The translations under genes and the position numbers were made by a program. Positions 30,798-40,409 of a DNA stretch of 64,000 nucleotides are shown piece by piece. The DNA comes from a virus (lineage: Duplodnaviria; Caudoviricetes), in IMG/VR virus record IMGVR_UViG_3300026158_000083, positions 9,691 through 73,690 of that record; one strand, given 5' to 3'. How positions within the stretch are numbered: the first letter of the stretch is position 1; the number at the start of each line of letters is the position of its first letter. Under the pieces are notes generated by a model. The model ran no database searches. It was not told where the DNA came from and saw nothing but the letters and a program-made list of their open reading frames with translations.

Positions 30798-30999
30798 CGA
30801 TACCGACTAGCGCATAAAACTGATTGCGCAGATCGATCAAGATGCGCATTTCGTCGCCTATACGTCCCTCATAAACTGCAAATTCTTCAGGCTTCAGGCG
30901 CGGCGTTTCCAGCTTGCCTTTGTTATAGCCCACGGCTTGCGCCGACGCGGCCAGTTCATCCAATAGATCGCGGAACTTTTGCGCTTGTTTAGTGTTCAT
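30754..30999 (-). CDS. Hypothetical protein
   Basis: GGAG SD before MNTKQ; part of the packed minus-strand array. Confidence 0.55.
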   Translation of the reverse strand: MNTKQAQKFRDLLDELAASAQAVGYNKGKLETPRLKPEEFAVYEGRIGDEMRILIDLRNQFYALVGIDDGVPEYDDTPNPT

Positions 31000-31010
31000 G
31001 TGGCACACTC

Positions 31011-31265
31011 CTAATTGTATTTGTCGTGAAACATACCGCAAGCAGGCCAGATAGTCTTCCAGCGCACAATTTTATTTTGACTGCTATCGGCCATCGTAAA
31101 TGCTGCACAGGTATAGCCGTAACGTTTACCAAGTTTCGATAACTTGGTGCAATCACCGCACATACGGTTTTCTTGTCGGCCAAAACGCGTATGCATCCAA
31201 CGACAAGCCGGATGCAGGGTGACATCTTCTTCAGATGTGTCGAACAGTTCAAATTGTTCGCTCAT
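31011..31265 (-). CDS. Small Cys-rich protein
   Basis: CGDC...C...WPACG pattern. Confidence 0.55.
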   Translation of the reverse strand: MSEQFELFDTSEEDVTLHPACRWMHTRFGRQENRMCGDCTKLSKLGKRYGYTCAAFTMADSSQNKIVRWKTIWPACGMFHDKYN

Positions 31266-31277
31266 ATTTGTATCCAT

Positions 31278-31868
31278 CTAATGACATTTAGCTGGTTTGC
31301 TGGCACCTAGCTTACGCAACTGCGCGGCATACGTGCTTTGATTCCAGCACTCGCACAAACTACCTGCGCCACCCATAACTTTGTTAGAATACGCGTCTAC
31401 GGGACAGCCGTTAACCCAATGCCAGGTGAGCACCGCACCCGCGCCACCCAGTCCACCACCAGATGTGTATTTTGGCCTAACTAGCTTTTGCCACCACTGA
31501 CCAGACGGATCGACTTCTGGTGCACCTCTAGCCAGCCAGCCGCCAGTTCTGTAAGATCGAATGATATTCTCAAGCTGCGTCTTGCTGACCAAACGCCATT
31601 TACCTTTGAAGAAGCGCGAGACATTGATCCAGAGCACTTCTTGACCATTCGGCACAGGCTCTTGTATGACGACGCTATTCGTGTCGGCAGCCTGCGTAGA
31701 CGCTGGCGAGCCGCCGAGCCACAGCAAAGCGCAGCAACTTGCCAGCAAAACCAGCCACAGTATGGAGTTGCCTGTGCGTCGCCTGCGCGTAGAGCTTGCC
31801 GCAGGACTCGCAGAACGTGAGTGCGATTGTCGGTCGCAGCCAGTTGACCATGATCCAGTGAGTTTCAT
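31278..31868 (-). CDS. Exported or membrane-anchored hypothetical protein
   Basis: AAAGGAG SD; hydrophobic ILWLVLLASCCALLWLGG followed by AQAA-like cleavage site. Confidence 0.55.
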   Translation of the reverse strand: MKLTGSWSTGCDRQSHSRSASPAASSTRRRRTGNSILWLVLLASCCALLWLGGSPASTQAADTNSVVIQEPVPNGQEVLWINVSRFFKGKWRLVSKTQLENIIRSYRTGGWLARGAPEVDPSGQWWQKLVRPKYTSGGGLGGAGAVLTWHWVNGCPVDAYSNKVMGGAGSLCECWNQSTYAAQLRKLGASKPAKCH

Positions 31869-32290
31869 TTTCGCTCCTTTGATGCATAATGTGCCTCCCA
31901 TAGTTCGACAGAACGCGCCAGATATTCTTCGTGCGATAGTTCACCTCGCTGTTCATTGATACGTTGATACAATTCTGGTGAAACGTGCAGACAGCGTCTG
32001 CGGTCACGCTGATGTGGCGGCTTTAGCTTGATGATCTTTTCGTCGTGCAGCAGTTGAATCGGCGGTCGCAGCGGTTCAAGGCCGAGACGTTCTCGGACCC
32101 GATTCTCAGATTGCAGACTGACATGCTCATGGCGTCCGGCGATAATGTCAGATAGCGTAGCAACAGGTATCTGTAGTTCTTTGGCTAGCTGGCACATAGA
32201 GCCTGTCAAGCGTGCGCGCAGCGCGCGCCGCGTGCTGATGTCAATCATTCCGCAACTGTCCACCGCGATGTAGATAGCCGCGTTTTTCAT
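31865..32290 (-). CDS. HTH DNA-binding protein
   Basis: QLAKELQIPVATLSDIIAGR. Confidence 0.6.
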   Translation of the reverse strand: MKNAAIYIAVDSCGMIDISTRRALRARLTGSMCQLAKELQIPVATLSDIIAGRHEHVSLQSENRVRERLGLEPLRPPIQLLHDEKIIKLKPPHQRDRRRCLHVSPELYQRINEQRGELSHEEYLARSVELWEAHYASKERK

Positions 32291-32597
32291 CGGCTGCCAG
32301 CTTCATAGCGATAACGTCTTCCGCATCACTGGCAACATTGACTGCTTGGCGCAGTAAACAGACTGCGGCAATCACAACATCTGCCGCCTCATGCGCGATC
32401 ATGGCTCTATCAACTTCATCGACGCCTTGCTTGGAGCGACGCAGCATACGACTTATTTCACCCAGTTCCTCTACCACGGCATGAAACTGAATATCAACGG
32501 CAAGTTTAGCTTGTTCGTCGGTTAGTTCATGATCGGCAGGTGCAAAACCGCGCCGATACAGCGATTTGATAATATCAGTTATGGCGATGTGGCTCAT
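32241..32597 (-). CDS. MazG-like nucleotide pyrophosphohydrolase
   Basis: VEELGEI...HEAADV (EExxE/ExxD metal motif). Confidence 0.75.
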   Translation of the reverse strand: MSHIAITDIIKSLYRRGFAPADHELTDEQAKLAVDIQFHAVVEELGEISRMLRRSKQGVDEVDRAMIAHEAADVVIAAVCLLRQAVNVASDAEDVIAMKLAADEKRGYLHRGGQLRND

Positions 32598-32605
32598 ATT
32601 CGGCG

Positions 32606-33154
32606 TTATTCCTTTGACCGCGTCGGAAATATTTGATAGTCAAGAAGCATGGTCGGGAAATACATGGTATAGGCTTGCTTCACCGTTACGTGATAGGTGT
32701 GACACAGCAGCGGATCGAAATAAAGGCCATCGATTACCGCTTGATACGCGCCAGACTCTTTTGCCCTAAACATGGTTCGCGAAGCGCAGTATTGTTCATC
32801 CACGAAATGCACACCGTCGTCGTAGTACGAACACAAAACATCGTCTATGTCATCGTTCGCGTCGATTAGATTACCAATCTGACTGAACACACGCAGGAAC
32901 GTATCCGTTTTTGGTGCCAAGTCAAACGTCTTGACGACATAGAATTTACCGATTTCAAGCTCGTCAAACGTGAGCCAATCCCTATCGCCATCGATATGAA
33001 AGGTGCGAGTCTGCGTTTCGTCAAGTGCAATAGCCTTAGCCTCAAACAAATTCTGATCTGGTTCGTAAGCATCTGGCCCGCACGTCTGCGCCGCTACGTT
33101 ATTGGCAGTAATTAGCAATAGCGCAAGCACGGCTAGCGCATAACCTATCTTCAC
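32606..33154 (-). CDS. Secreted PPC-like domain protein
   Basis: Signal peptide; DAYEPD...DGDRDWLTF...DTFLRVF...NDD; C-terminal MYFPTML. Confidence 0.6.
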   Translation of the reverse strand: MKIGYALAVLALLLITANNVAAQTCGPDAYEPDQNLFEAKAIALDETQTRTFHIDGDRDWLTFDELEIGKFYVVKTFDLAPKTDTFLRVFSQIGNLIDANDDIDDVLCSYYDDGVHFVDEQYCASRTMFRAKESGAYQAVIDGLYFDPLLCHTYHVTVKQAYTMYFPTMLLDYQIFPTRSKE

Positions 33155-33699
33155 TCTTGCTCCTTCTGCGCATGTCTTTCAAGCGCGCGCAATATGGCTA
33201 CGGTCTGTTCAACGCAGCCGACGGGATCGCTGTACAACATGCGCGTCGTAAAGCGGGCGACACGCCAGCCGAGTTCGCACGCGAGGTTCGTTTTTTCGTA
33301 ATCGCTATCCTTAGTATGACGACCTACGACAACGGGTTGACCGCTACGACTCATACGCACCATGTCGTTTCCGCCATCAATTTCTAATGCAAACATCAAA
33401 TCCGGCCATGCGCAATCGAACATGAACTTGCGTTTAGGATGAAATTTATAATCCGCCTTTGGCTGCGGCAGACTCGGTGCTAGTTGTGCAAACAGCAAGC
33501 GGAACTGAATGGCCTTATCCGGCGTCTTATTAGGGTTATCTTCAGTTGCCTCATACCAGCGCCATTCAGGTTGTTCTTCCGTACCGACATTATGCGCCCA
33601 CGCACCGCAGTTTTTGCAGCGGTGCGTATGTCTGAACGCGACGGGCTTTACCGTACGCGTAGCGTGACAAAAGGCACACGTTACTGCTATTCGATCCAT
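33151..33699 (-). CDS. Zn-ribbon + DUF559/Vsr-like endonuclease
   Basis: CAFC/CKNC, then YKFHPKRKFMFDCAWP...ALEIDGG...YEKTN...GWRVARFT. Confidence 0.75.
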   Translation of the reverse strand: MDRIAVTCAFCHATRTVKPVAFRHTHRCKNCGAWAHNVGTEEQPEWRWYEATEDNPNKTPDKAIQFRLLFAQLAPSLPQPKADYKFHPKRKFMFDCAWPDLMFALEIDGGNDMVRMSRSGQPVVVGRHTKDSDYEKTNLACELGWRVARFTTRMLYSDPVGCVEQTVAILRALERHAQKEQE

Positions 33700-33700
33700 A

Positions 33701-35258
33701 TCACTCCCTTCGCATAGGATCGGTAACATCTTTGACGACGATATTGACGGTGCGTCCTAGCAGCAGCGCGACATTTTCGACAAGGTCTTTCTTCAGCACG
33801 CGCGATAGGCTAAGGTCCATATTGGTTATATCGCCGAATTCATCAGCCCACAAAGTGATGCCAGTTATCTTACACAGGAAGTCAGCAAGTATCATCGGTG
33901 CTCCATACGCGGATATCATAGTTAAGCGCGGAAGTAGTTTCATCGGGGTCGGACAAAATCTCTATCGTGTTTTTATCTACCGCGCTTAACAGCGATTCAA
34001 GTCGTCGTTCCAATAATGCGACTTTATCGCACAGTTCGCAATGCGCCTTCAACAGCGCAGGATAACCGCCGATGAGCAATTCCATCGGGCAATCATAGTC
34101 ATCATCTAGTTCTTCGACATATTCGGCATAGAATATTGGTTTGTTAAATGTCATGCATTTCCTCACGTCTGGCGATTTTATCGTCGATCTGTTGAATGAT
34201 TTGGATTGTTTCATCGTAACCGTTTTCGTCGATGGATTTGCATAGCGCGTCGATAAGTTGGTCGCCAGATGCGCTGCGTTTTTGAAACTGCTCTTTCAGC
34301 AAACTTATTTCATCCTGCGCCTGCGCTAGTTTTGCCAGCGCGCAGGCATGATGATGCCATTCGCAACCGTCCCAATGCGTCTCACCGCGATTAGTAGCGT
34401 GAGCCAAAAAGCGTTTTATAGCATGTTCTGTCACATCGTCTACCGCATAGACTGATTCATCTTTGAAGATAATTATATGCGTCATCGATCCTCCTTTTCC
34501 TAATACCGTCTTAGCGGTACTATCGTCAGATTTCCAGTTGATCTGTCAACGCGTTGATGAGTTCGACGTGCATTGCTGCGATGTTGCACATTTCTGCGAT
34601 ACGACACGCCAGCGGTGCGGATGGCTGTCTTACCGTACTCTCCTTTGCTATCTGTGGAGGCCGCGGTGACATCACAGATTCAAGTTTGTGCGCCATGCGT
34701 TCAATGGCTTGTTTCTGCATTTCCAAAGCTTCTGCCATTCGTTTCAGTTGTGCGATAACTTCAGGATCGCGCGACTGTGCAAGCTGCTCAGTAGCAGGTG
34801 CCGATGTAGCCCAATTGTTGTAGTCCATCACTCCCCTCCCGCCGCTGGCTTGTGCAGCATGATTTCGAGCGGCCCGGCGCAAAACCAGAACCAGCGCCGC
34901 CAATGCCATGACCACATATGCGGTTTTTTCCAAATTGAGATCGACAACGACCGAATGTCTATGATGATCCTATCGGGTGTCTGGTAGATTGTGCTCGTCG
35001 TATAGCCCATCACTCCCCTCCCGCCGCGTCCAGCGCGGCTTGTTCTCCGCTGCGTATCCAATCGTCGGCGTTCTCAATCATCGTGAGTAGCATCATTCCA
35101 TCACTAACATAATTTGGATCAGGTTCGTCTGCGTAATAATCTGGTATTCCAGTATAATGTGGACAGTTCCCCCTTCTTTCTACCGTCTTAGCGGTACTAT
35201 TCGGCTTCAAGATATCGTTCTGAGAAGTTGTACGTGTGTCGTCTTTCAGGTTCGACAA
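33701..35258 (-). other. Run of five or six short hypothetical ORFs
   Basis: Back-to-back ORFs with SD sites and overlapping stop/start codons; no recognisable domains. Confidence 0.5.
34504..35200. repeat. 20-bp direct repeat with internal palindrome, 2 copies
   Basis: TACCGTCTTAGCGGTACTAT at 34504-34523 and 35181-35200. Confidence 0.85.
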
Positions 35259-35826
35259 GATTCACCACGCCATTACTGTCGATCCACGATTCACTGTCGA
35301 ACTCGATGTGATAGGTGAAGGTGTCCTTGTACACATCCACATCTCGTATCTCGCCGCGTGCGCCAACGACAAGAAAATGCTTACTACCCATCCATCCGGG
35401 CGAATCTGCCTCACTGATTTTTGGCGTAAGCACCAGCCGCACACGATCTCCAACGTGAAACTTGGCATACTTTGATAACAGCAGCTTATAGGCGTTCGCG
35501 TACTTATTGAACTGGTATGACAGGTCAGACAGCCCACTCAACGCGTTTCGCAATTCGTGGAGCTTGGCGATGTGTGGGTTTTGCAAAGCCGGATCAGTCT
35601 TGGTTTCCTGCTCAATCACGTTGGACGCGGCTAAACATGCCTCGCACCATTCATACGAGCAACGCCGACAATAACGGTGCAGATGTTCGTTTTCACGGTA
35701 GCTTTTGAACTCACATGGTTGCCCGTAACGACCGCCATGCGCGACATATCGTGTGTGAATGTCATCGTGTCCGCATTTTGGGCATTTGGTGCACGGGCTG
35801 TATGGCGGTAATTTGTCGCCACTCAT
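35197..35826 (-). CDS. Hypothetical protein with an N-terminal Cys-rich domain and a C-terminal SH3-like segment
   Basis: CTKCPKCG...CRRC; KFHVGDRVRL. Confidence 0.55.
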   Translation of the reverse strand: MSGDKLPPYSPCTKCPKCGHDDIHTRYVAHGGRYGQPCEFKSYRENEHLHRYCRRCSYEWCEACLAASNVIEQETKTDPALQNPHIAKLHELRNALSGLSDLSYQFNKYANAYKLLLSKYAKFHVGDRVRLVLTPKISEADSPGWMGSKHFLVVGARGEIRDVDVYKDTFTYHIEFDSESWIDSNGVVNLVEPERRHTYNFSERYLEAE

Positions 35827-35966
35827 TCTTGACCTCCCGCCGCGTCCAGCGCGGCTTTACATCCCTTCACACAACCGCTCTTGCGGTGACGCACTAGCCA
35901 GTGTATGGCAACCCACCTGCCGCACCTGGCGCATTGCACGTACTCGTAGGTGTGGCCCTGCTTCAT
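35823..35966 (-). CDS. 47-aa zinc-finger microprotein, copy 1 (not in ORF track)
   Basis: Manual translation: MKQGHTYEYVQCARCGRWVAIHWLVRHRKSGCVKGCKAALDAAGGQE. Confidence 0.7.
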   Translation of the reverse strand: MKQGHTYEYVQCARCGRWVAIHWLVRHRKSGCVKGCKAALDAAGGQE

Positions 35967-36382
35967 GTTAGGGCTTCTTCCAGGATTTTCGCCATCAACA
36001 CGGAAATTACGTCATCATCGGCGGGGTCAGTGCCGCCATGCTTGAAGGTGTCATGCGCCGCCTGGATGATGTCGAGTAACTGTTCGATGCGTTCGTCCTG
36101 CGCCTGGATGACGGCCCTTTGCTCATTAATGAGCTTGGTTCCAGCATTCCCGGCCTCAATCCACTGGATGATCTCGGCGCGCAAGGCACTCTCGCCGGGC
36201 CGCGTGTTCCACTTCTCGATGGCCCCGCTTTCGCCCAAATCCCAATCGCCTACTGCATCACAAGCGTTGCATTCGACGGCATACCACATCCGCGCATGTG
36301 GCGTATCTGGATACTGCACCTCTTTGACAACGATTGGCGCTTTGCCGCCACAGAACGGACACGGCTTGAGTTCGTCAAACAT
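35963..36382 (-). CDS. Lar-like (restriction alleviation) zinc-binding protein
   Basis: LKPCPFCGG...ECNAC...AIEKWNTR. Confidence 0.75.
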   Translation of the reverse strand: MFDELKPCPFCGGKAPIVVKEVQYPDTPHARMWYAVECNACDAVGDWDLGESGAIEKWNTRPGESALRAEIIQWIEAGNAGTKLINEQRAVIQAQDERIEQLLDIIQAAHDTFKHGGTDPADDDVISVLMAKILEEALT

Positions 36383-36384
36383 GG

Positions 36385-36639
36385 TCAGCCTCCCTGTGCT
36401 TCCTGTTCGGCCAACCGCATCCGCTCATGCTCGGCCCATTCCTGTTCGACATCTTGCAGTTGGATTTCCGCGCCGACCAGGGCGAGCGCCAGTCTGCCAA
36501 GATTGCCAAAACGGGACAGCATTGCGTGGAGATCGCTGGCCCGCCACTCAACGATCATCTGGTCACGCGATGGTAGGGTTGCGATCAGGGCCTTGATTTC
36601 AGCGAGGGTCTGCATTGCTTCTTCGAGTTGTTCGTTCAC
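36385..36639 (-). CDS. Hypothetical protein
   Basis: 84-aa helical ORF in the array, with SD. Confidence 0.55.
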   Translation of the reverse strand: MNEQLEEAMQTLAEIKALIATLPSRDQMIVEWRASDLHAMLSRFGNLGRLALALVGAEIQLQDVEQEWAEHERMRLAEQEAQGG

Positions 36640-36640
36640 G

Positions 36641-37021
36641 TCAAACTCCTACTGCCGCAAGTGCGGCCCGACAGATCGCCAGCGGCGCGGTCTTTGCATA
36701 GGCGCTTCGCACCGGTCCATCACCGCCATTTAGATCGATGTCGCAGCGCCAATTTCCTTTTTCCGTGCGCACCAGTCGCGTGTAAAACTGCGGCCAAGTA
36801 AATTCCTCAAGTACACGCCAGGCGTGGTCAATCTTTGTGCTTGGTTGAAATGGCTTCCACTCGTAGAACTCGACTTCGATAAATTCTGGAGCCGGGTCAC
36901 TATCATTGGTCTCAAACCATGCCATGCGGCCCCACTGGTTCATCTGATAGAACCAACCCATGACGTGTACGGCTACGGCATTGTCTGTCTCTGCCCCGGC
37001 ACACCTATCGTGTGGATTCAT
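36641..37021 (-). CDS. Phage ABA-sandwich-like domain protein
   Basis: DNAVAVHVMGW...PSTKIDHAWRVLE...AKTAPLAICRAALAA. Confidence 0.7.
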   Translation of the reverse strand: MNPHDRCAGAETDNAVAVHVMGWFYQMNQWGRMAWFETNDSDPAPEFIEVEFYEWKPFQPSTKIDHAWRVLEEFTWPQFYTRLVRTEKGNWRCDIDLNGGDGPVRSAYAKTAPLAICRAALAAVGV

Positions 37022-37155
37022 TCTCCCCCTCCCGCCGCGTCCAGCGCGGCCTTGATTCCCTTCATACAACGGCTCTTGAGATGCCTCACAAGCCAATTTT
37101 CAGCAACTAGTTTGCCGCATTTTTGGCAACGCACGCGCCCATAGGTTTTCTTCAT
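37018..37155 (-). CDS. 45-aa zinc-finger microprotein, copy 2 (not in ORF track)
   Basis: Manual translation: MKKTYGRVRCQKCGKLVAENWLVRHLKSRCMKGIKAALDAAGGGE. Confidence 0.7.
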   Translation of the reverse strand: MKKTYGRVRCQKCGKLVAENWLVRHLKSRCMKGIKAALDAAGGGE

Positions 37156-37448
37156 CGTTGTATCATCCTGCGGAGGCATTCGATCTCGGCCTGTTGCTCG
37201 TTGATGATAGTGGTCGCGGCATTATTTGCGGCGATCCACTTGACGATCTCGGCACGCAGGCCGGGAACACACGTACAATGCACTTCGTCTTCACACGGCT
37301 CATTCATAATATCCGTATACGCCCGCCTGATCTCGTCAAGTTCATTGCGCAGCCGTTCGTTCTCAGCGCGCAACCTGGTAATCTCGGCGCGGTCCTTGTT
37401 GGCATCGTCAAGCAAATCCTGACATGCCTCACGATAGGATGTTTTCAT
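37152..37448 (-). CDS. Coiled-coil hypothetical protein
   Basis: LRAENERL heptads; its C-terminal LRAEIVKWI...INEQ segment is shared with the Lar-like ORF at 35963. Confidence 0.55.
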   Translation of the reverse strand: MKTSYREACQDLLDDANKDRAEITRLRAENERLRNELDEIRRAYTDIMNEPCEDEVHCTCVPGLRAEIVKWIAANNAATTIINEQQAEIECLRRMIQR

Positions 37449-37493
37449 TGCTCCCCTCCAGAGGTCCTACTGAATATTGGCCCCGCCCATTCA

Positions 37494-37844
37494 CTATGGG
37501 CCGTTACCGATCTCCCCCAGTGCTTTTTCAACTTGATCTAAGGTGTTCCTGGTAATGTAGCGTCGAGCATCGGCATCATAGGTAAACTCGTCATATACCG
37601 TTTGTAGCGCGGCGCGTAGCCGTGCGTTCTCGGCACGCAATGTGTCTTCCGCGAAGCGGGTGTTCCACTGCTCCGCGCTGCCATAGAATGATCGTTGCGG
37701 ACAACTGCTATTCCAATCCTCGTGCGAGATATAATGCTCGCCGGTCATGGTGTTATACCGGATTACGACGGGTTGACCACAGAAGCCGCAGGGCTTCAGG
37801 CTTTCAAATAGGTTGCACGCGTCGCACTTGGGATCATCAGTCAT
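37494..37844 (-). CDS. Second Lar-like protein
   Basis: LKPCGFCGQ...CPQ...EQWNTR. Confidence 0.6.
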   Translation of the reverse strand: MTDDPKCDACNLFESLKPCGFCGQPVVIRYNTMTGEHYISHEDWNSSCPQRSFYGSAEQWNTRFAEDTLRAENARLRAALQTVYDEFTYDADARRYITRNTLDQVEKALGEIGNGP

Positions 37845-38419
37845 CACACTCTCCCGCCGCGTCCAGCGCTGCTTGCAGTTTTGCGTTTGCCCGTTCAACA
37901 GCTTCGGCGGCTGAATAGGCCGTCACGCTGAGAGTCTTCTGTAGTCCATGACCGATGATGTAATAGCGTTGTGGTCTGCCGCACTTGCGGCGTCCGGCAG
38001 ACAATGATAGGTAGCAATCTGGATTGTCGGGGTCCTGTGCGATGCGCCCCATCAGTACCATGCCGATGCGCTCTTTCTCAATCGGGTATTCCTTCCACAA
38101 AACTAGTCTCATGCGTCCTCCCATCCCCTAAGAATCAATTAGCGCCAGCGCTAGCTGCGGCGTCGCAGTAATTGCACTGATACTTGCCGGGTCGCACGGC
38201 TTCTAGTTCATTGCCGCATACGCTGCACTTGCCGGTAAATTCGTCCATGTGATTAGTAAGCGTGTCGATAACACGGAGCCACTCAGAAGGCAGCAGGCTA
38301 ATCACTCGCCAGGATTGATTGTCGTGACGATACAGCAGTACCATTTTCTTTTGCCCATGCCGATATTCTACATCAACATCGGCTTCAAACGTATCGGTAC
38401 TTTTCGTATGGTTGTCCAT
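37837..38419 (-). other. Two short hypothetical ORFs (37837-38112 and 38135-38419)
   Basis: SD-preceded ORFs. The first ends ALDAAGECDD; the second has CSVC/CNYC. Confidence 0.55.
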
Positions 38420-38423
38420 GCTT

Positions 38424-39068
38424 CTACCTTATCCTTACTGCAAAATCACGGTGCTTGATCTTAGTAATAATCCTGTTACCGGCGCGCGACTTTAGTTCCA
38501 CAGCGGGTCTAGCCACAATACCTTCGGCTTTGAAGTCGCCCCATAGGGAGTTGAATCCAGCACGCGTCATTTCTACCATATCGTACAGCGTGCCGGTGCC
38601 GATTATTGGCACGACATCGATTTGAAGGGCTAGTGATATTTCTTCTACGTCCAGTCGGTTTAGCCACCAATCGCCGATCTTGACATCAAAAAGAACAAAG
38701 CTTTGATCTTGACGATACTTTTGACCGGCTTTTTGAATCTTAGCGCCGTAACCCTCGCCATAAAGACATACACCAGAATCAAACTTGGTTCTAAACGTCG
38801 CTAGTTGCGGTAGAAAAATGTCGCTCAAACTCGTCAATAGAAAATCAGGGATTTCCGATTCATCGCCTTTACCACCAAATGTGATTTGCTGACCATCGAA
38901 CATTACGCGAATGTTCGTGCCATCAACTTTCTCCGTAAACACCCACTGATTATTAGCCAGATACGCAAATTCAGGCAGCGCAAATTGGCCTTCCAGCAGC
39001 GTCTTCATTTTTGTCTGCGGATCACGCAAAAATACAGTTTGGATTTTGTGATAGTGTTCCATGTGCAC
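38424..39068 (-). CDS. RNA ligase (Rnl2-like nucleotidyltransferase)
   Basis: Motif I EKVDGTN, LYGEGYG, FVLFDV, EGIVAR, ITKIKHRDF. Confidence 0.85.
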   Translation of the reverse strand: MHMEHYHKIQTVFLRDPQTKMKTLLEGQFALPEFAYLANNQWVFTEKVDGTNIRVMFDGQQITFGGKGDESEIPDFLLTSLSDIFLPQLATFRTKFDSGVCLYGEGYGAKIQKAGQKYRQDQSFVLFDVKIGDWWLNRLDVEEISLALQIDVVPIIGTGTLYDMVEMTRAGFNSLWGDFKAEGIVARPAVELKSRAGNRIITKIKHRDFAVRIR

Positions 39069-39083
39069 CTCTCCTAAATGTGG

Positions 39084-40400
39084 TTAGTGTAGTTCGCTTA
39101 GTATCAAACCGGATGACGGATTGATCGCGTAATCGCAGTAGCCAGGTTGCGCGCGTCGCGAATGTTTCAGTCGCAGACGCAATACATCGGGCGACTTTTC
39201 GGCATCGTATTCGGATATCAGAATGTGATCGGCGGCAGCAGGCAACGCACCACCACCTTTAGCACCTGGGCTATAAGAACTGCCGCCTAGACCAATCGTG
39301 GCTTCGTTCTGCTGCGATAGAATCACAGCCACAACGCCCTCAGTTACGGCAAAGTTCTGAATCAGACCGACTGTGGCTTCCACGTTTTCAAAAAGTCGAT
39401 CTGCGCGTCGTGAGTTCATCAACTGCATGTGGTCAACGATAATCATGTCCGTGTTATAGAGAAACTTGTCGCGGGTAATACGGGCGTTGAAGCGTTCCAA
39501 ATTCGTGATGCCGTCACGTCCATCGCAGACACGAATGTACTGACCTAGATGATTCAGTTCTGCGCGCGCCTCAACCAGCGCCTTGTGTTGATTGGCTGTG
39601 CGCAGAGCCGCGCGCAGATGCAGACCATCCAAACAGCCTTCAATCGCAAAGTCGTCCATATCTAGCCATCGATGCAGCCGCTCGGTCGCCAACATCGCCC
39701 ACATATCAGTAAAGATATCCTTGCGCTCGCCTTCCAATGCGAACATGCCGACTTGCTTGTTAGCACGCGCCGCAGCTAGTGCCATGTTGCGCGCCACAGT
39801 GGATTTGCGCGACTTGTACGGTGCGATCAGCGCAATGATTTGACCTGGTTTGAAACCGCCACCGATACGATCTGTTAGCCAGCCAAAGCCAGTTGGTATC
39901 GACGTGATAACATTATCGTCGGCGATTTCGGCATCAACCTCACGTCCGATATCGGTCAGACCAGCAGGACGATCACTCTGACCTTCGACGGCCATGCTCA
40001 GCATGGTGATGCTGTGAAAGATAAAGCCGTTGACATCTTTAGGACGGGTTAACGAGTCTGTCCTAATCGATTCTGTAACTTCTGCTACGCGTCGATATAC
40101 GGCTTCTTGGCGAATAATATCGGCCAGCGATAGTACTTCGGTGATGATTTGCGGATTAGCTTTGGACTGCAAATCCAGCAGCACGTCGATGGTCAGAGAC
40201 GGTATCTCAGCTACAACCGTGTATGGATTTGGCACCTTGCCAGCATGCGCTAAGTTTAGACAGGTGTCATAGACTTGGCGACATAGTTTATCGTGAATAT
40301 CTTCTGGCTTGATGACGCCCCACACCGGAATGATGGTGCGTGGTTCGGCCAGCAGCGCACTAATCAACGCGCGTTCAATGTCTAGTAGCGGCACGTCCAT
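39084..40400 (-). CDS. DnaB-like replicative helicase
   Basis: DnaB N-terminus (ERALISALL), Walker A APYKSRKST, FALEG, Walker B IIVDHMQLM, ILSQQN. Confidence 0.82.
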   Translation of the reverse strand: MDVPLLDIERALISALLAEPRTIIPVWGVIKPEDIHDKLCRQVYDTCLNLAHAGKVPNPYTVVAEIPSLTIDVLLDLQSKANPQIITEVLSLADIIRQEAVYRRVAEVTESIRTDSLTRPKDVNGFIFHSITMLSMAVEGQSDRPAGLTDIGREVDAEIADDNVITSIPTGFGWLTDRIGGGFKPGQIIALIAPYKSRKSTVARNMALAAARANKQVGMFALEGERKDIFTDMWAMLATERLHRWLDMDDFAIEGCLDGLHLRAALRTANQHKALVEARAELNHLGQYIRVCDGRDGITNLERFNARITRDKFLYNTDMIIVDHMQLMNSRRADRLFENVEATVGLIQNFAVTEGVVAVILSQQNEATIGLGGSSYSPGAKGGGALPAAADHILISEYDAEKSPDVLRLRLKHSRRAQPGYCDYAINPSSGLILSELH

Positions 40401-40409
40401 AGTCGCATC

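Larger units (their letters stand above)
34826..37875 (-). repeat. Dispersed gene-junction repeat, 5 copies
   Basis: Plus-strand core CTCCCGCCGCGTCCAGCGC is identical at 35018, 35834, 37029 and 37851; a partial copy at 34826-34845 shares 20 nt with the 35008 copy. Confidence 0.9.

Noticed and set aside
34826-37875. CRISPR array or integron attC array from the dispersed repeats
   Set aside because: Spacing is irregular (about 0.2-1.2 kb), the repeats are coding, there is no attC core or bulge pattern, and no cas or integrase gene was recognised.
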